From a candidate division FCPU426 bacterium (GTDB taxonomy: Bacteria; Oederibacteriota; Muellerivitia; Muellerivitales; Muellerivitaceae), in assembly GCA_963719085.1 (NCBI GenBank), contig CAVRAL010000004.1, positions 96,001-160,000 of the forward strand: a stretch of DNA of 64,000 bases. The letters are read 5' to 3'. The notes under the pieces are model-generated. The model saw only the letters and a list, made by a program, of their open reading frames with translations. It made no database searches and was not told the DNA's origin. This document shows, piece after piece, positions 21,560 through 30,875 of this stretch (positions are counted from its first letter, which is position 1; each line of letters opens with the position of its first letter). The position numbers and the translations under genes are program-made.

Positions 21560-21621
21560 ACACTAAACTCCTTCAAAGTGAATTTTGAGTCCAAAGACAG
21601 ACGGCATCAACAGCCAAGCGT

Positions 21622-21681
21622 TTAGAAACGCCAGCGGGAGCCGCGCCAAGGGTTCAAATTCAAGTTGAAAGAAGCTTTCAT
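21622..21681 (-). CDS. trpL: putative trp leader peptide MKASFNLNLNPWRGSRWRF (19 aa)
   Basis: Translated by hand; two TGG codons near the 3' end; ends 62 nt before the trpE ATG; its ATG overlaps the hisI TGA (ATGA). Confidence 0.72.
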   Translation of the reverse strand: MKASFNLNLNPWRGSRWRF

Positions 21682-22064
21682 TTATGGCCGTAAACCTTTT
21701 CGGGATCGAATATCTTGACCCCAACGTCTTTCCATTGGTCGTTGGATAATTCGTTGAAGAAGCAGGACCGGTTGCCCGTGTGGCAGGCCGCGTCCCCGAC
21801 TTGCTCTATTTTTACCAGAACCACGTCCTTGTCGCAATCGGTATAAAGGGACTTGAGCTTCTGCACATTGCCCGATTCCTCGCCCTTTTTCCATAATTTC
21901 TTACGGCTGCGGCTCCAATAGGTGACATTGCCCGTGGCAATGGTATGCTCCAGCGCTTCCCGGTTGGCGAAGGCGAACATCAGGATTTCACCGGTCTTGT
22001 GGTCCTGCGCGATGACGGGAATAAGCCCGTCTTCTTGGAATTTTAAAGTGTCAATAAAGCTCAT
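21678..22064 (-). CDS. hisI: phosphoribosyl-AMP cyclohydrolase (monofunctional)
   Basis: YWSRSR..LWKKGEESGN, DCDKD, ACHTGNRSCF; no HisE domain. Confidence 0.97.
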   Translation of the reverse strand: MSFIDTLKFQEDGLIPVIAQDHKTGEILMFAFANREALEHTIATGNVTYWSRSRKKLWKKGEESGNVQKLKSLYTDCDKDVVLVKIEQVGDAACHTGNRSCFFNELSNDQWKDVGVKIFDPEKVYGHK

Positions 22065-22125
22065 GACAGCCTCCCAGCGGTGGAATAGGTGGGTTAAGGT
22101 AAGCTTTTCAGTCCGGAAAAACCAG

Positions 22126-22356
22126 TCATTTTTGCGGCGGGTCGATCGGATGCGGTTTCTTGGGGCGTTTTTTGAAGAAGTGGTAAAACAACAGGCAAAG
22201 CCAGCCGATGGAAAACACCATGGCCAAAAGCAGGGTTAGCCCCGGAAGCACCTTGCCGGTTTTTCCCAAGTAAATCAAAGTCCCGATCACGGCGAACCCG
22301 CCGTAAATATAGAGGAACCAAATGGGTGAGTCTTTTGGGTTGTCGGGCTGCGTCAT
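22126..22356 (-). CDS. small two-TM membrane protein, unknown function
   Basis: Two hydrophobic helices, basic C-terminus, AGGAG RBS, in operon between hisF and hisI. Confidence 0.7.
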   Translation of the reverse strand: MTQPDNPKDSPIWFLYIYGGFAVIGTLIYLGKTGKVLPGLTLLLAMVFSIGWLCLLFYHFFKKRPKKPHPIDPPQK

Positions 22357-22368
22357 TTTTCTCTCCTT

Positions 22369-23139
22369 TTAAATCCGGATCGGAATCCCTTTTTGGGCCA
22401 GGTAGGCCTTGGCTTGCTTCATCGAATATTCGCGGTAATGAAAAATGGAAGCCGCCAAAACCGCGTCGGCTTTTCCCTTCAGGACTCCATCGGCCAAATG
22501 ATCCAAGTTCCCCACGCCTCCGGAAGCAATCACCGGAACCGGCACGGCCTCGGAGATGGCGCGGGTCAATTCCAGATCATAACCGTCTTTAGTCCCGTCT
22601 TTATCCATGCTGGTTAAAAGAATTTCTCCCGCGCCCAGTCCCACGCCCTGAACGGCCCACTCAACGGCGTCCTTGCCGGTCGCCGTGCGGCCCCCGTGGG
22701 TGAAGACCTCCCATCCTTTGGAAGGATCGCTCGGGTCTTTTCGTTTGGCGTCGATGGCCAACACGATACATTGAGCCCCAAACTTTTCAGAACCTTCCTT
22801 CAGCACGGCCGGATTTTCCACGGCCCGGGTATTGAGGGAGACCTTGTCCGCGCCGGATTTTAAAAGGACACGGATATCGTCCGTCGTGCGCACGCCGCCG
22901 CCGACCGTCAAGGGCATGAAGATGGCTTCCGCCGTGCGGGTCACCACGTCCAACAGGATGTTTCGCTTATCGCTGGATGCCGTGATATCAAGGAACACCA
23001 GTTCGTCCGCTCCTTCGGCGTCGTATTGCTTGGCGATCTCCACCGGATCCCCCGCGTCCCGCAGGTTCTCAAACTTGACGCCCTTGACGACCCGGCCTTC
23101 CTTCACGTCCAGGCAGGGAATAATGCGCTTGGCGAGCAT
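22369..23139 (-). CDS. hisF: imidazole glycerol phosphate synthase cyclase subunit
   Basis: [46 protein letters not shown]. Confidence 0.98.
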   Translation of the reverse strand: MLAKRIIPCLDVKEGRVVKGVKFENLRDAGDPVEIAKQYDAEGADELVFLDITASSDKRNILLDVVTRTAEAIFMPLTVGGGVRTTDDIRVLLKSGADKVSLNTRAVENPAVLKEGSEKFGAQCIVLAIDAKRKDPSDPSKGWEVFTHGGRTATGKDAVEWAVQGVGLGAGEILLTSMDKDGTKDGYDLELTRAISEAVPVPVIASGGVGNLDHLADGVLKGKADAVLAASIFHYREYSMKQAKAYLAQKGIPIRI

Positions 23140-23900
23140 TACCGGCCCTTTACCTTTTTAGTTTTTGGCACCGGCGGCTCTTTGGCGATTTTGATGGCTT
23201 GTTTCAGGTCGATCTTTCCCGTGTAAAGGGCCTTGCCGATGATGACCGAGGCGATGCCGTATTTTTCCAGCCGCTTGGCGTGCTCAATATCTTTATAGCC
23301 CGACATGCCGCCGGAAGCGATCACGGGCACCTTCACGGCGACCGCCAGTTCTTTGGTGCTTTTAAAGTTGGGGCCTTCCAACATGCCGTCCCGTTGAATG
23401 TCGGTGAAGATGAGCGAACTCACGCCCAGTTCCACCATTTCGAGCCCTAAGTCCACGGCCTTCACTTTGGTCACTTGCTTCCAACCCTTGATGGCCACCA
23501 TGCCTTTTTTCGCGTCGATCCCGACGATTATGGATTTTCCGTGGCGCTTCACGGCTTCCTTGACGAATTCCTTATTTTGAACCGCGGAGGTCCCCAGAAT
23601 GACCCAGTTCACGCCAATCCCCACCAGCTTGTCGATGGTCTTCAGGTCCCGAATCCCGCCGCCCACCTGCACCTTCATGTCGGTGGCCTTGATGATTTCT
23701 TTCACGTAATCCAAGTTCGATAATTTGCCCGAAAAGGCCCCGTCCAAATCGATCACGTGGAGCCTTTTGGCTCCCTTCATTTTCCAGAGCTTGGCCACCG
23801 AGACAGGTTCTTGGGAGTAAACCGTCTCGTCCCGAAGGTCGCCTTGGACCAACCGAACCGCCTTGCCTTTTCGAATGTCGATCGCCGGTATGACGTACAT
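23139..23900 (-). CDS. hisA: ProFAR isomerase
   Basis: [43 protein letters not shown]. Confidence 0.97.
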   Translation of the reverse strand: MYVIPAIDIRKGKAVRLVQGDLRDETVYSQEPVSVAKLWKMKGAKRLHVIDLDGAFSGKLSNLDYVKEIIKATDMKVQVGGGIRDLKTIDKLVGIGVNWVILGTSAVQNKEFVKEAVKRHGKSIIVGIDAKKGMVAIKGWKQVTKVKAVDLGLEMVELGVSSLIFTDIQRDGMLEGPNFKSTKELAVAVKVPVIASGGMSGYKDIEHAKRLEKYGIASVIIGKALYTGKIDLKQAIKIAKEPPVPKTKKVKGR

Positions 23901-23935
23901 AAGAATCCTTTAAATGATTAAATCAAAAGAAATTT

Positions 23936-24015
23936 AACTCGGAGTCACACAGAGTAAACGGAGTAAAATTTTTATTTTCAATTCTTACTCCATGTAACTC
24001 AGTTAACTCTGTGCT
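23936..24015. repeat. intergenic periodic-arm inverted repeat (GAGT core, ~9-nt period)
   Basis: aactcggagtcacacagagtaaacggagtaa ... ttactccatgtaactcagttaactctgtgct, AT-rich spacer. Confidence 0.7.
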
Positions 24016-24031
24016 TCAACTTCTTGAGTCT

Positions 24032-24649
24032 TTAGAATTTTGTTCCGACCAGGTCCTTGAAATTTTCGTAAAGCTTTAATCCCACGCCTTGGCTTTTTTC
24101 CGGGTGAAACTGGGTCCCGAACACGTTTTTATCCCAAACCATCGAGGTGAAATCGGCGCCGTAAAAAGTCTGGGTGGCGATGATGGAAGGGTCCTCGGGC
24201 AAAACATAATAGGAGTGGACGAAATAAACATAGTCCCCGTCTTGAATCCCCTTCAATAACGGATTGTTTCCTTTTTTAATTTGAATCTGGTTCCAACCCA
24301 TGTGGGGCACCTTTTGGCCGCCGGGGAACCTCACCACCCGGCCTGGGAACAAACCCAGTCCCTTGGAGACGCCAAACTCTTCCCCCACGGCGAACAACAT
24401 CTGGAGTCCCACACAAACACCCAGAAAAGGCTTCCCGGTTTTGATGAAGGAAAAAACGGCCTTCGCCAAATCCGAGCGGTGCAGCCCGTCCATCGAATCC
24501 TTAAAAGCGCCCACGCCCGGCAGCACGACGCCGTCGGCTTTTGCCACGTCTTTCCATTCGGTAGTCACCCGCGCCTTCGCGCCGACCTTTTCCAAGGCCT
24601 TGGCCACGCTGTGCAGGTTCCCGACTCCATAATCGACTACGGCTATCAT
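24032..24649 (-). CDS. hisH: imidazole glycerol phosphate synthase glutaminase subunit
   Basis: MIAVVDYGVGNL, LPGVGAF, LGVCVGLQ, VPHMGWN, YFVHSY, QFHPEKS. Confidence 0.98.
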   Translation of the reverse strand: MIAVVDYGVGNLHSVAKALEKVGAKARVTTEWKDVAKADGVVLPGVGAFKDSMDGLHRSDLAKAVFSFIKTGKPFLGVCVGLQMLFAVGEEFGVSKGLGLFPGRVVRFPGGQKVPHMGWNQIQIKKGNNPLLKGIQDGDYVYFVHSYYVLPEDPSIIATQTFYGADFTSMVWDKNVFGTQFHPEKSQGVGLKLYENFKDLVGTKF

Positions 24650-24676
24650 GACCTTCTCCCGAAATAGAACTTCTGA

Positions 24677-24783
24677 TTTCACCGCCAAGGCGCCAAGTAC
24701 GCCAAGAAAGACGCTTAACCAAAAATTAATTTATTTTTTAAATCTTTTGCCTTCTTGGCGAACTTGGCGTCTTGGCGGTGAAA
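24677..24783. repeat. intergenic periodic-arm inverted repeat (CGCCAAG family)
   Basis: tttcaccgccaaggcgccaagtacgccaagaa / ttcttggcgaacttggcgtcttggcggtgaaa: 32-bp arms, 2 mismatches, AT-rich 43-nt spacer. Confidence 0.9.
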
Positions 24784-24805
24784 ATGGTTTGGTTTTGATT
24801 CAAAC

Positions 24806-25399
24806 TTAAATCTTTCCCTTGGTGGAAGGGATGCCCTTCATCTTGGAATCAAAAGCCGCCGCCATCTTCAAGGCCCGGGCGAAGCTTTTGAAAGCCGCTT
24901 CCACGATGTGATGGCTGTTGCGGCCGTGGATTTTCTCCAGGTGCAGGTTGAACTTACCGTTGTCGGTGGCCGCGCGGAAAAAATCCTCGATGAGTTCGGT
25001 GTCAAAATTGCCGATGCGCTTTTTCACCGCCAAATCCAAGGCGAAATTAATGTAGTTGCGGCCGCTCAAATCCACCACCGCCCGGACCAAAGCCTCATCC
25101 AGCGGCACGTAAAAATGGCCGTAACGGGAAATGCCCTGCTTGTCGCCCAAAGCCTTGTCCAGCGCCATCCCCAGGCAAATGCCGATATCTTCCACCGTGT
25201 GGTGGTCGTCGATATGCGTGTCGCCCTTGGCCTTTACCTTTAAATCAAATCCGCTGTGTTTGCTGAAGGCTTCCAGCATGTGATTGAGGAACGGCACGGG
25301 CGTGGTCACGTCCGGAACGCCGGTTCCGTCTAAATCGAGGACCAGTTCGATGTCGGTTTCTTTGGTTTTTCGCTTAATCGCCGCGACGCGGTTTTTCAT
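24806..25399 (-). CDS. hisB: imidazoleglycerol-phosphate dehydratase
   Basis: RKTKETDI, HIDDHHTVED, GRNSHHIVEA, PSTKG; ATG 25399 with GGAG. Confidence 0.97.
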   Translation of the reverse strand: MKNRVAAIKRKTKETDIELVLDLDGTGVPDVTTPVPFLNHMLEAFSKHSGFDLKVKAKGDTHIDDHHTVEDIGICLGMALDKALGDKQGISRYGHFYVPLDEALVRAVVDLSGRNYINFALDLAVKKRIGNFDTELIEDFFRAATDNGKFNLHLEKIHGRNSHHIVEAAFKSFARALKMAAAFDSKMKGIPSTKGKI

Positions 25400-25429
25400 A
25401 AAGTCTCCAAACAAGATTAAACCTATTTT

Positions 25430-25505
25430 GCAATGATGAATGCGGATAAACGCCGATGATTCAAACTCTTTATTAAAATCTGCGTCCATCTGCGTTTATC
25501 ACTGC
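25430..25505. repeat. intergenic periodic-arm inverted repeat (ACGCAGAT family, 10-nt period)
   Basis: gcaatgatgaatgcggataaacgccgat / atctgcgtccatctgcgtttatcactgc; mismatches are mostly transitions. Confidence 0.75.
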
Positions 25506-25512
25506 TAATTGC

Positions 25513-26577
25513 CTACCGAATTATCTTCACCAGTTCAGCCAGGAAGCGGCTGGTTTCTTCCGGCTTGCCCACCGTAATCCGAAGCGAATCCCGAAGCCTC
25601 GGATGGGAGAAGTATCTTATCAAAACCCGGTTTTTTTTGAGATTTTTGTAGATCGCTTCCGCCGGGGGTTTTCCCTCCCATTGGGCCAATAAAAAATTAG
25701 CCTGGCTCTCGGGAACAGTAAAGCCCAGGGCCCGCAAGGAGCGGCTCAAGCGTTCCCGTTCTTTCTTAATTTGGATTGTGCTCGTTTTAGCTTCCTTCAA
25801 TCCCGCCGGGGTAAAGGCCGCCAAGCCCAGCGACTGGGTCAAGCGGTTGACATTATAGGAATCTTTCACCTTATAAAGCTGCTCCATGACTTGCGGGTGT
25901 CCAAAAGCCAATCCCAACCTGGCCCCCGCCAAGGAAAAGGATTTGGACAGGGTTCGCAAGATCAAAACATTCGGATATTTTTTGGCCAGCGCCAAACAGT
26001 TTTTCTCGGCAAAGTCCACATAGGCCTCATCGATCAAAACCAAGCCCCTGGCCTTTTTGCAGAAGGCCTCAATGTCCTTAAGGGGGAAACAATTACCGAC
26101 CGGCGGATTGGGATAACCGAACAGGGTCAACCGAGCGTTCGGGGAAAACTTGCGGAAGTCCAAATCGAAATTTTCAGTCAGCGGGATTTCACGGGTTCGG
26201 GCGCCCTCAATTTGGGCCAGCACCGGGTAAAGGCTGTAGGTCAGGTCCGGATACTGAACCAAATCCTTTTCGCCCACACAGGCGCGAAAAACAATCGACA
26301 AGATCTCATCCGATCCATTGCCTACCATTAAGCCATCCAAAGGCCACCGGTAAACCTTCGCCAAACGCATGCGCAGGGTTTCCGCCGTGGGTTCGGGATA
26401 AAGCCGCAATTTAGCGTCCGCGGCTTCGCGAACCGCCTTCAAAACCACCGCGGGCGGGGCGTAGGGATTCTCGTTAGTGTTGAGTTTGAGGGTCTTGGGG
26501 TCTTTTGGCTGCTCTCCCGGCGTGTAGCCCTTCATCTTCAGGACCGAGGGACGGAACCAATTTTTAAGAGCGCTCAT
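25513..26577 (-). CDS. hisC: histidinol-phosphate aminotransferase
   Basis: YTPGEQP, KLNTNENPY, GNGSDE, DEAYVDF, RTLSKSFSLAGARLG. Confidence 0.97.
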   Translation of the reverse strand: MSALKNWFRPSVLKMKGYTPGEQPKDPKTLKLNTNENPYAPPAVVLKAVREAADAKLRLYPEPTAETLRMRLAKVYRWPLDGLMVGNGSDEILSIVFRACVGEKDLVQYPDLTYSLYPVLAQIEGARTREIPLTENFDLDFRKFSPNARLTLFGYPNPPVGNCFPLKDIEAFCKKARGLVLIDEAYVDFAEKNCLALAKKYPNVLILRTLSKSFSLAGARLGLAFGHPQVMEQLYKVKDSYNVNRLTQSLGLAAFTPAGLKEAKTSTIQIKKERERLSRSLRALGFTVPESQANFLLAQWEGKPPAEAIYKNLKKNRVLIRYFSHPRLRDSLRITVGKPEETSRFLAELVKIIR

Positions 26578-27929
26578 GGCTTTGTCCCGACTGCCATTCG
26601 GAAGAGCACGCTTTGGGCGTGGCCGGTCAGGCCTTCTTGCTCAGCCAGGAAAACCGTGGGCCTCCCCAGTTTGCGAACGCCCGGCGCTTTTACTTCCAAC
26701 ACATTAGTCCGCTTGAGAAAATCGTAAACCGAAAGCCCGGAAGCGAAACGGGCGGTCCCGCTGGTGGGCAAAATGTGGTTGGTGCCGGCGGTGAAATCAC
26801 CGAAAGCCACCGGCGAGAAGGGACCGACAAAAACAGCCCCGGCGTGACGGAGACCCTTCAACCAAGGTTTTGGATTTTTCGCCAAAATTTCTAAGTGTTC
26901 CGCCGCGAAACGATTGGCGGCTTCCAGGGCTTGCGCTTTATTTTTAACCAAGAGAATCGCTCCCCGGCTTTTAAGCGAATCCGACGCCGTTTGACGGCGG
27001 GACAAAAGTTCCAATTGCAGTTCGATTTCCTCGGAAACTTCCTCGGCCAGCTTCGCAGAAGCAGTCACCAAAAGGCAGGAGGCCATCTCATCGTGCTCCG
27101 CCTGGGCCAAGATATCCGCCGCCACCCAGGCCGGCGAGACCGTGCCGTCGCTGAGGATAAGGACCTCGCTGGGACCCGCGAACCCGTCGATGCCCACCTG
27201 CCCGAAAACCTTGCGCTTGGCCAGGGCCACAAAAAGATTGCCGGGTCCCGTGATTTTATCCACCGCCGGAATCGTTTGAGTGCCATAAGCCAAGGCCGCC
27301 ACGGCCTGAGCACCCCCGATTTTGAAAATTTGGCTCACGCCCGCCAAATGGGCCGCCGCCAGGATGACCGGGTCCACTTGGCCCGTTTTTTTCACCGGCG
27401 TTACCATGACGATCTTTTTCACCCCGGCCACCTTGGCGGGAATGACGTTCATCAAGACCGAGGAGGGGTAAACCGCCAGCCCGCCCGGCACATAAACACC
27501 CACTTGATCCAGCGCCGTCCAGCGCTGCCACCAATTTACGTCCTGGTTTTTTTTGGTCCAATCCTTGGGTTTTTCATTCTCGTGGAAGGCTCGGATTTGT
27601 TTAATCGCGACCCGCAAGGATTCCATGAGCACTTTGGGGACAGTTTGAAGGGCCTTCTTGATCTCGGCTTGAGTGACTTGAACATTGGATTTCGTGACGG
27701 CGAAGCCATCCAGCTTGCGGGTATAGGTGAAAAGCGACGCGTCGCCTTTTTGGCGGACTTCCGAAATGATTTTATCCACCGCTTGTTCAGGGCTTAAGGA
27801 TTTTCCGAAAACTTTTTTGGTCAGGGCCGAGCGCGATCCCGCCCCCTGGAGGGACACCAAGGCTTCCCGGCGCATGAGTTTGCCGATGGCCTTTTGGTCT
27901 TTCGATTTAGAGTAGTCTAGTATCCGCAT
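26574..27929 (-). CDS. hisD: histidinol dehydrogenase
   Basis: GVYVPGG, GGAQAVAALAYG, GPGNLFV, AGPSE, QAEHD, AEHLE, GTNHILPT. Confidence 0.97.
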   Translation of the reverse strand: MRILDYSKSKDQKAIGKLMRREALVSLQGAGSRSALTKKVFGKSLSPEQAVDKIISEVRQKGDASLFTYTRKLDGFAVTKSNVQVTQAEIKKALQTVPKVLMESLRVAIKQIRAFHENEKPKDWTKKNQDVNWWQRWTALDQVGVYVPGGLAVYPSSVLMNVIPAKVAGVKKIVMVTPVKKTGQVDPVILAAAHLAGVSQIFKIGGAQAVAALAYGTQTIPAVDKITGPGNLFVALAKRKVFGQVGIDGFAGPSEVLILSDGTVSPAWVAADILAQAEHDEMASCLLVTASAKLAEEVSEEIELQLELLSRRQTASDSLKSRGAILLVKNKAQALEAANRFAAEHLEILAKNPKPWLKGLRHAGAVFVGPFSPVAFGDFTAGTNHILPTSGTARFASGLSVYDFLKRTNVLEVKAPGVRKLGRPTVFLAEQEGLTGHAQSVLFRMAVGTKP

Positions 27930-28020
27930 AAAACACCCCGATTTTTCACCGCTCCCGCCGGCCCTTTGGGCCAATTAAGCGGGACATACCGCCCTCAATA
28001 TTATTTTTCAAAGCGGGGCG

Positions 28021-28105
28021 CGCAAGACGCCAAGTTCGCCAAGAAAAAAATCAGCCAAATCATTTTGGTTCGCCTTCCTTGGCGTCTTGGCACCTTGGCG
28101 GTAAA
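28021..28105. repeat. intergenic periodic-arm inverted repeat (CGCCAAG family)
   Basis: cgcaagacgccaagttcgccaagaa ... ttccttggcgtcttggcaccttggcggtaaa. Confidence 0.85.
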
Positions 28106-28115
28106 CCGGGTTTTA

Positions 28116-29375
28116 TTAATTCACTCTTTGAATATCCGCGCCCAAATCGGACAGCTTTTCCTCGATCTGCTCATAACCCCGGTCCAGGTGATAAATGCGT
28201 TGGACCAAGGTTTCCCCGTCGGCGACGAGCCCGGCCAAAATCAAGGCCGCGCTGGCCCGAAGGTCCGACGCCATCACGGGGGCGCCGGTCAAACGCTTCA
28301 CGCCCTTGACTACGGCGTTGCTTCCCTCAATTTTGATGTCCGCGCCCATGCGGTTCAACTCGAAAACATGCATGAACCGGTTTTCCCAAATGGTTTCCGT
28401 GATCACGCTTAAACCCGGCACCACAGTCAAAAGCGCCATCATCTGCGCCTGCATGTCGGTGGGAAACCCAGGGTAAGGCGCCACGCGCACATCAGCCGGA
28501 TGATAGCTGGAGCTTCCAATCACCCTCATCCAATCCGGGCCCTCCTCAACCTTGATTCCAATCTCCTTAAATTTTCGGGTCACGTCCACCAAATGGCTGG
28601 GTGAAACTTTGGTCAAGGTCACATCGCCGCCAGTAATGGCCGCTGCCGTCATAAAGGTGCCTGCCTCCACCCGGTCGGGAATAATCGAGTAGGTCACGCC
28701 CTTGAGGGGCTTGCCGCCTTGAATCACCAGACGGGAAGTTCCTCCGCCTTGGATGTCGGCGCCCATGGCGTTGAGAAAGCCCACTAGGTCTTCCACTTCG
28801 GGTTCGGTGGCGGCCGATTCAATGACCGTGGTCCCTTTCGCCGCCGTCGCGGCTAAAAGCACATTAACCGTGGCGCCCACACTGGGCCCGTGCGGACCGC
28901 CCAAGTGGATAACCGCCCCCTTGAGTTCGGCGGCTTCAGCGTTCACGTAACCGTGATCGATGGTGACTTTAGCTCCCAGTTGTTCCACGCCTTTTAAATG
29001 AAGGTCAATCGGGCGCGCGCCGATCGCGCAGCCCCCGGGAAGCGACACCCGGGCTTTCCCAAGCCTGGCCAAGCAGGCGCCGAGGGAATAAATGGAGGCC
29101 CGCATGGTGCTGACTAAATCATAAGGCGCCTCATGTTGGGTGAAACCCTCCGGGTCAATCGTGAGCCGGTGATTTTCCAAGGTCACCTTGGCGCCGAGCT
29201 TGCGCAAAACCTCGGCCATGGTTTTGATATCGTTGAGGTGCGGAACGTTTTCCAAAATGGAGGGGGATCCGGCCAAAAGCGCGGCGGTCATGACGGGCAG
29301 GGTCGCGTTTTTGGAGCCGCTGATCTCCACGGTGCCTTTGAGCGTTTTGCCGCCCCTGATTTTTATCTTTTGCAA
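28116..29375 (-). CDS. murA: UDP-N-acetylglucosamine 1-carboxyvinyltransferase
   Basis: SGSKNA, MRAS, LPGGCAIGARPIDLH (catalytic Cys), PGFPTDMQAQ, DLRASA, HLDRGY; TTG start. Confidence 0.98.
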   Translation of the reverse strand: MQKIKIRGGKTLKGTVEISGSKNATLPVMTAALLAGSPSILENVPHLNDIKTMAEVLRKLGAKVTLENHRLTIDPEGFTQHEAPYDLVSTMRASIYSLGACLARLGKARVSLPGGCAIGARPIDLHLKGVEQLGAKVTIDHGYVNAEAAELKGAVIHLGGPHGPSVGATVNVLLAATAAKGTTVIESAATEPEVEDLVGFLNAMGADIQGGGTSRLVIQGGKPLKGVTYSIIPDRVEAGTFMTAAAITGGDVTLTKVSPSHLVDVTRKFKEIGIKVEEGPDWMRVIGSSSYHPADVRVAPYPGFPTDMQAQMMALLTVVPGLSVITETIWENRFMHVFELNRMGADIKIEGSNAVVKGVKRLTGAPVMASDLRASAALILAGLVADGETLVQRIYHLDRGYEQIEEKLSDLGADIQRVN

Positions 29376-29391
29376 GCGAAACTCCGGGTCG

Positions 29392-29465
29392 AAAATAAAA
29401 AAGCCGCCAGCTTGGACGGCTTAAAAAAACGGTTAAAAATAAAGAACCTCCCGTTGCCGGGAGGT
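29392..29465 (-). terminator. two tandem intrinsic terminators downstream of rnpB
   Basis: Minus strand ACCTCCCG-GCAA-CGGGAGGT+TCTTTATTTTT, then AAGCCGTC-N6-GGCGGCTT+TTTTATTTT. Confidence 0.75.
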
Positions 29466-29477
29466 GCGTTAAAAAAA

Positions 29478-29877
29478 GAAGCGGGTCATAAGCCGAGTTT
29501 TGTAGATGTGATCATTTCTCTCGCGGAGACCGTTGCCGGTTCCGTCCAGCGATCTTACCCGAAGGCCCAGTTTTCCGTTAGGAACCCTGTGGGGCGGACG
29601 ACCCCGAAGCCCTCCTATTTGATCTTGCTCCGGATGGGGTTTGCCTAGCCGCCGCACTTACGTGGAACGCGGTGGGCTCTTACCCCACCTTTTCACCCTT
29701 ACCCCTCGGCTTGCGCCAAAAGGCGGTTTGTTTCTGTGGCACTTTCCTTCACTCCGGGGCCTCGCCTTGCGGCGCACCCCGAAGCGACCGGGCGTTACCC
29801 GGCATCCTGTCCTATGGAGCTCGGACTTTCCTCGACTGGAAGGGAACCCCCACCAGTCGCGATCACGGACCTGCTTC
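29478..29877 (-). ncRNA. rnpB: RNase P RNA (type A)
   Basis: Conserved GAGGAAAGTCC, AGTGCCACAGAAA, GGTAAGAGC, GGCAAACCCC..GAGCAA, ACAAAACTCGGCTTA; P1 formed by GAAGCAGGTC / GACCCGCTTC. Confidence 0.97.
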
Positions 29878-29930
29878 CAAGGGGAATCATAGTGGGAATA
29901 GAGGGCAAAATCCAGCGGGACAAAGGCCGA

Positions 29931-30401
29931 TTAACGGCTGGGTTTTCGCTGAGGCTTGAACCGGCTGACGAAAAGGGATAGGTCCGACCGGTCAATCCAA
30001 CCCGTCTTTTTCCAAAAACGCGCTCCGCTCCGGTTGCCCTTGAACACCATGGCATAACTGCGGTGAATACCCGCCTTCTCCAATTTTCGCAAGGCGCCCT
30101 CGGCTAACTTTCGTCCCAATCCCAAGCGCCTGTATTCCTCCGCGACCGCCAGATGGGCCAGTAATCCGCGCCTTCCGTCATGCCCCGCCAATAGGGTTCC
30201 GACAATTTTAGATTTCGAAACGGCGACCATGCTAAATCCGGGATTCCGTTTCAGGTAACGCGCGAGATTGTCCCGGGTGTCGTCGGGTCGGGTCCCCACT
30301 CCCGGGGATGCCTTCCACAAGCGCAAGGATTCCTTAAAATCAGAAACCCGCATGGGACGGATAGAACAACTGAGCGGCTTATTTTTTTGAGAAATGCTCA
30401 T
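29931..30401 (-). CDS. GNAT family N-acetyltransferase (YpeA-like)
   Basis: LAGHDGRRG, LAVAEEYRRLGLG (motif A), N..ARFWKKTG. Confidence 0.9.
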   Translation of the reverse strand: MSISQKNKPLSCSIRPMRVSDFKESLRLWKASPGVGTRPDDTRDNLARYLKRNPGFSMVAVSKSKIVGTLLAGHDGRRGLLAHLAVAEEYRRLGLGRKLAEGALRKLEKAGIHRSYAMVFKGNRSGARFWKKTGWIDRSDLSLFVSRFKPQRKPSR

Positions 30402-30789
30402 CGATGCCCCGGTTGGCCAGTTCGTCGGCCTTCTTGTTGAACTCCCGAAGTACGTGGGTGAATCCCGTGACCTCCAAGTGCGCCATGTACTCTTTAGCCT
30501 TCTGGTAAAGCGGGATCATGTTGGGATGTTTCACTTTGTACTGTCCCGATAATTGGCGGATCATCAATTGGCTGTCGGCCAGTATCTCCACGGGAGATAA
30601 TTTTTTCTTCACGCAATAATCCAGCGCCGCCAACAAAGCCTCGTACTCCGCCACATTGTTGGTCGTGGTTCCAATAAACTTGGAAATCTCATGAAGGGTC
30701 TTGCCCTTGGCGTCCAGGATGACCGCCCCGATCCCCGAGGGACCCGGATTCCCCCGGCAAGCGCCATCGGTGTAAATTTGGTAGGGCAT
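30379..30789 (-). CDS. rnhA: ribonuclease HI family protein
   Basis: YTDGACRGNPG, TNNVAEY, DSQL, HVLREFNKKADELAN. Confidence 0.94.
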   Translation of the reverse strand: MPYQIYTDGACRGNPGPSGIGAVILDAKGKTLHEISKFIGTTTNNVAEYEALLAALDYCVKKKLSPVEILADSQLMIRQLSGQYKVKHPNMIPLYQKAKEYMAHLEVTGFTHVLREFNKKADELANRGIDEHFSKK

Positions 30790-30802
30790 ATTTCACTCCG
30801 AA

Positions 30803-30875
30803 AATTCTAAGTTTTAAGTTCTAAGTTTTGAGTTGAGGAAGCCAACTTAAAACTCAACACTCAAAATTAAAAACT
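30803..30875. repeat. intergenic periodic-arm inverted repeat (7-nt period AGTTTTA)
   Basis: aattcta agtttta agttcta agttttg agttg / caact taaaact caacact caaaatt aaaaact, 7-nt loop. Confidence 0.85.

Noticed and set aside
27930..28115. His leader peptide or attenuator before hisD
   Set aside because: No His-codon run on the minus strand; the space holds an inverted repeat and a possible promoter
29469..30055. Several short ORFs across rnpB
   Set aside because: Region is explained by RNase P RNA
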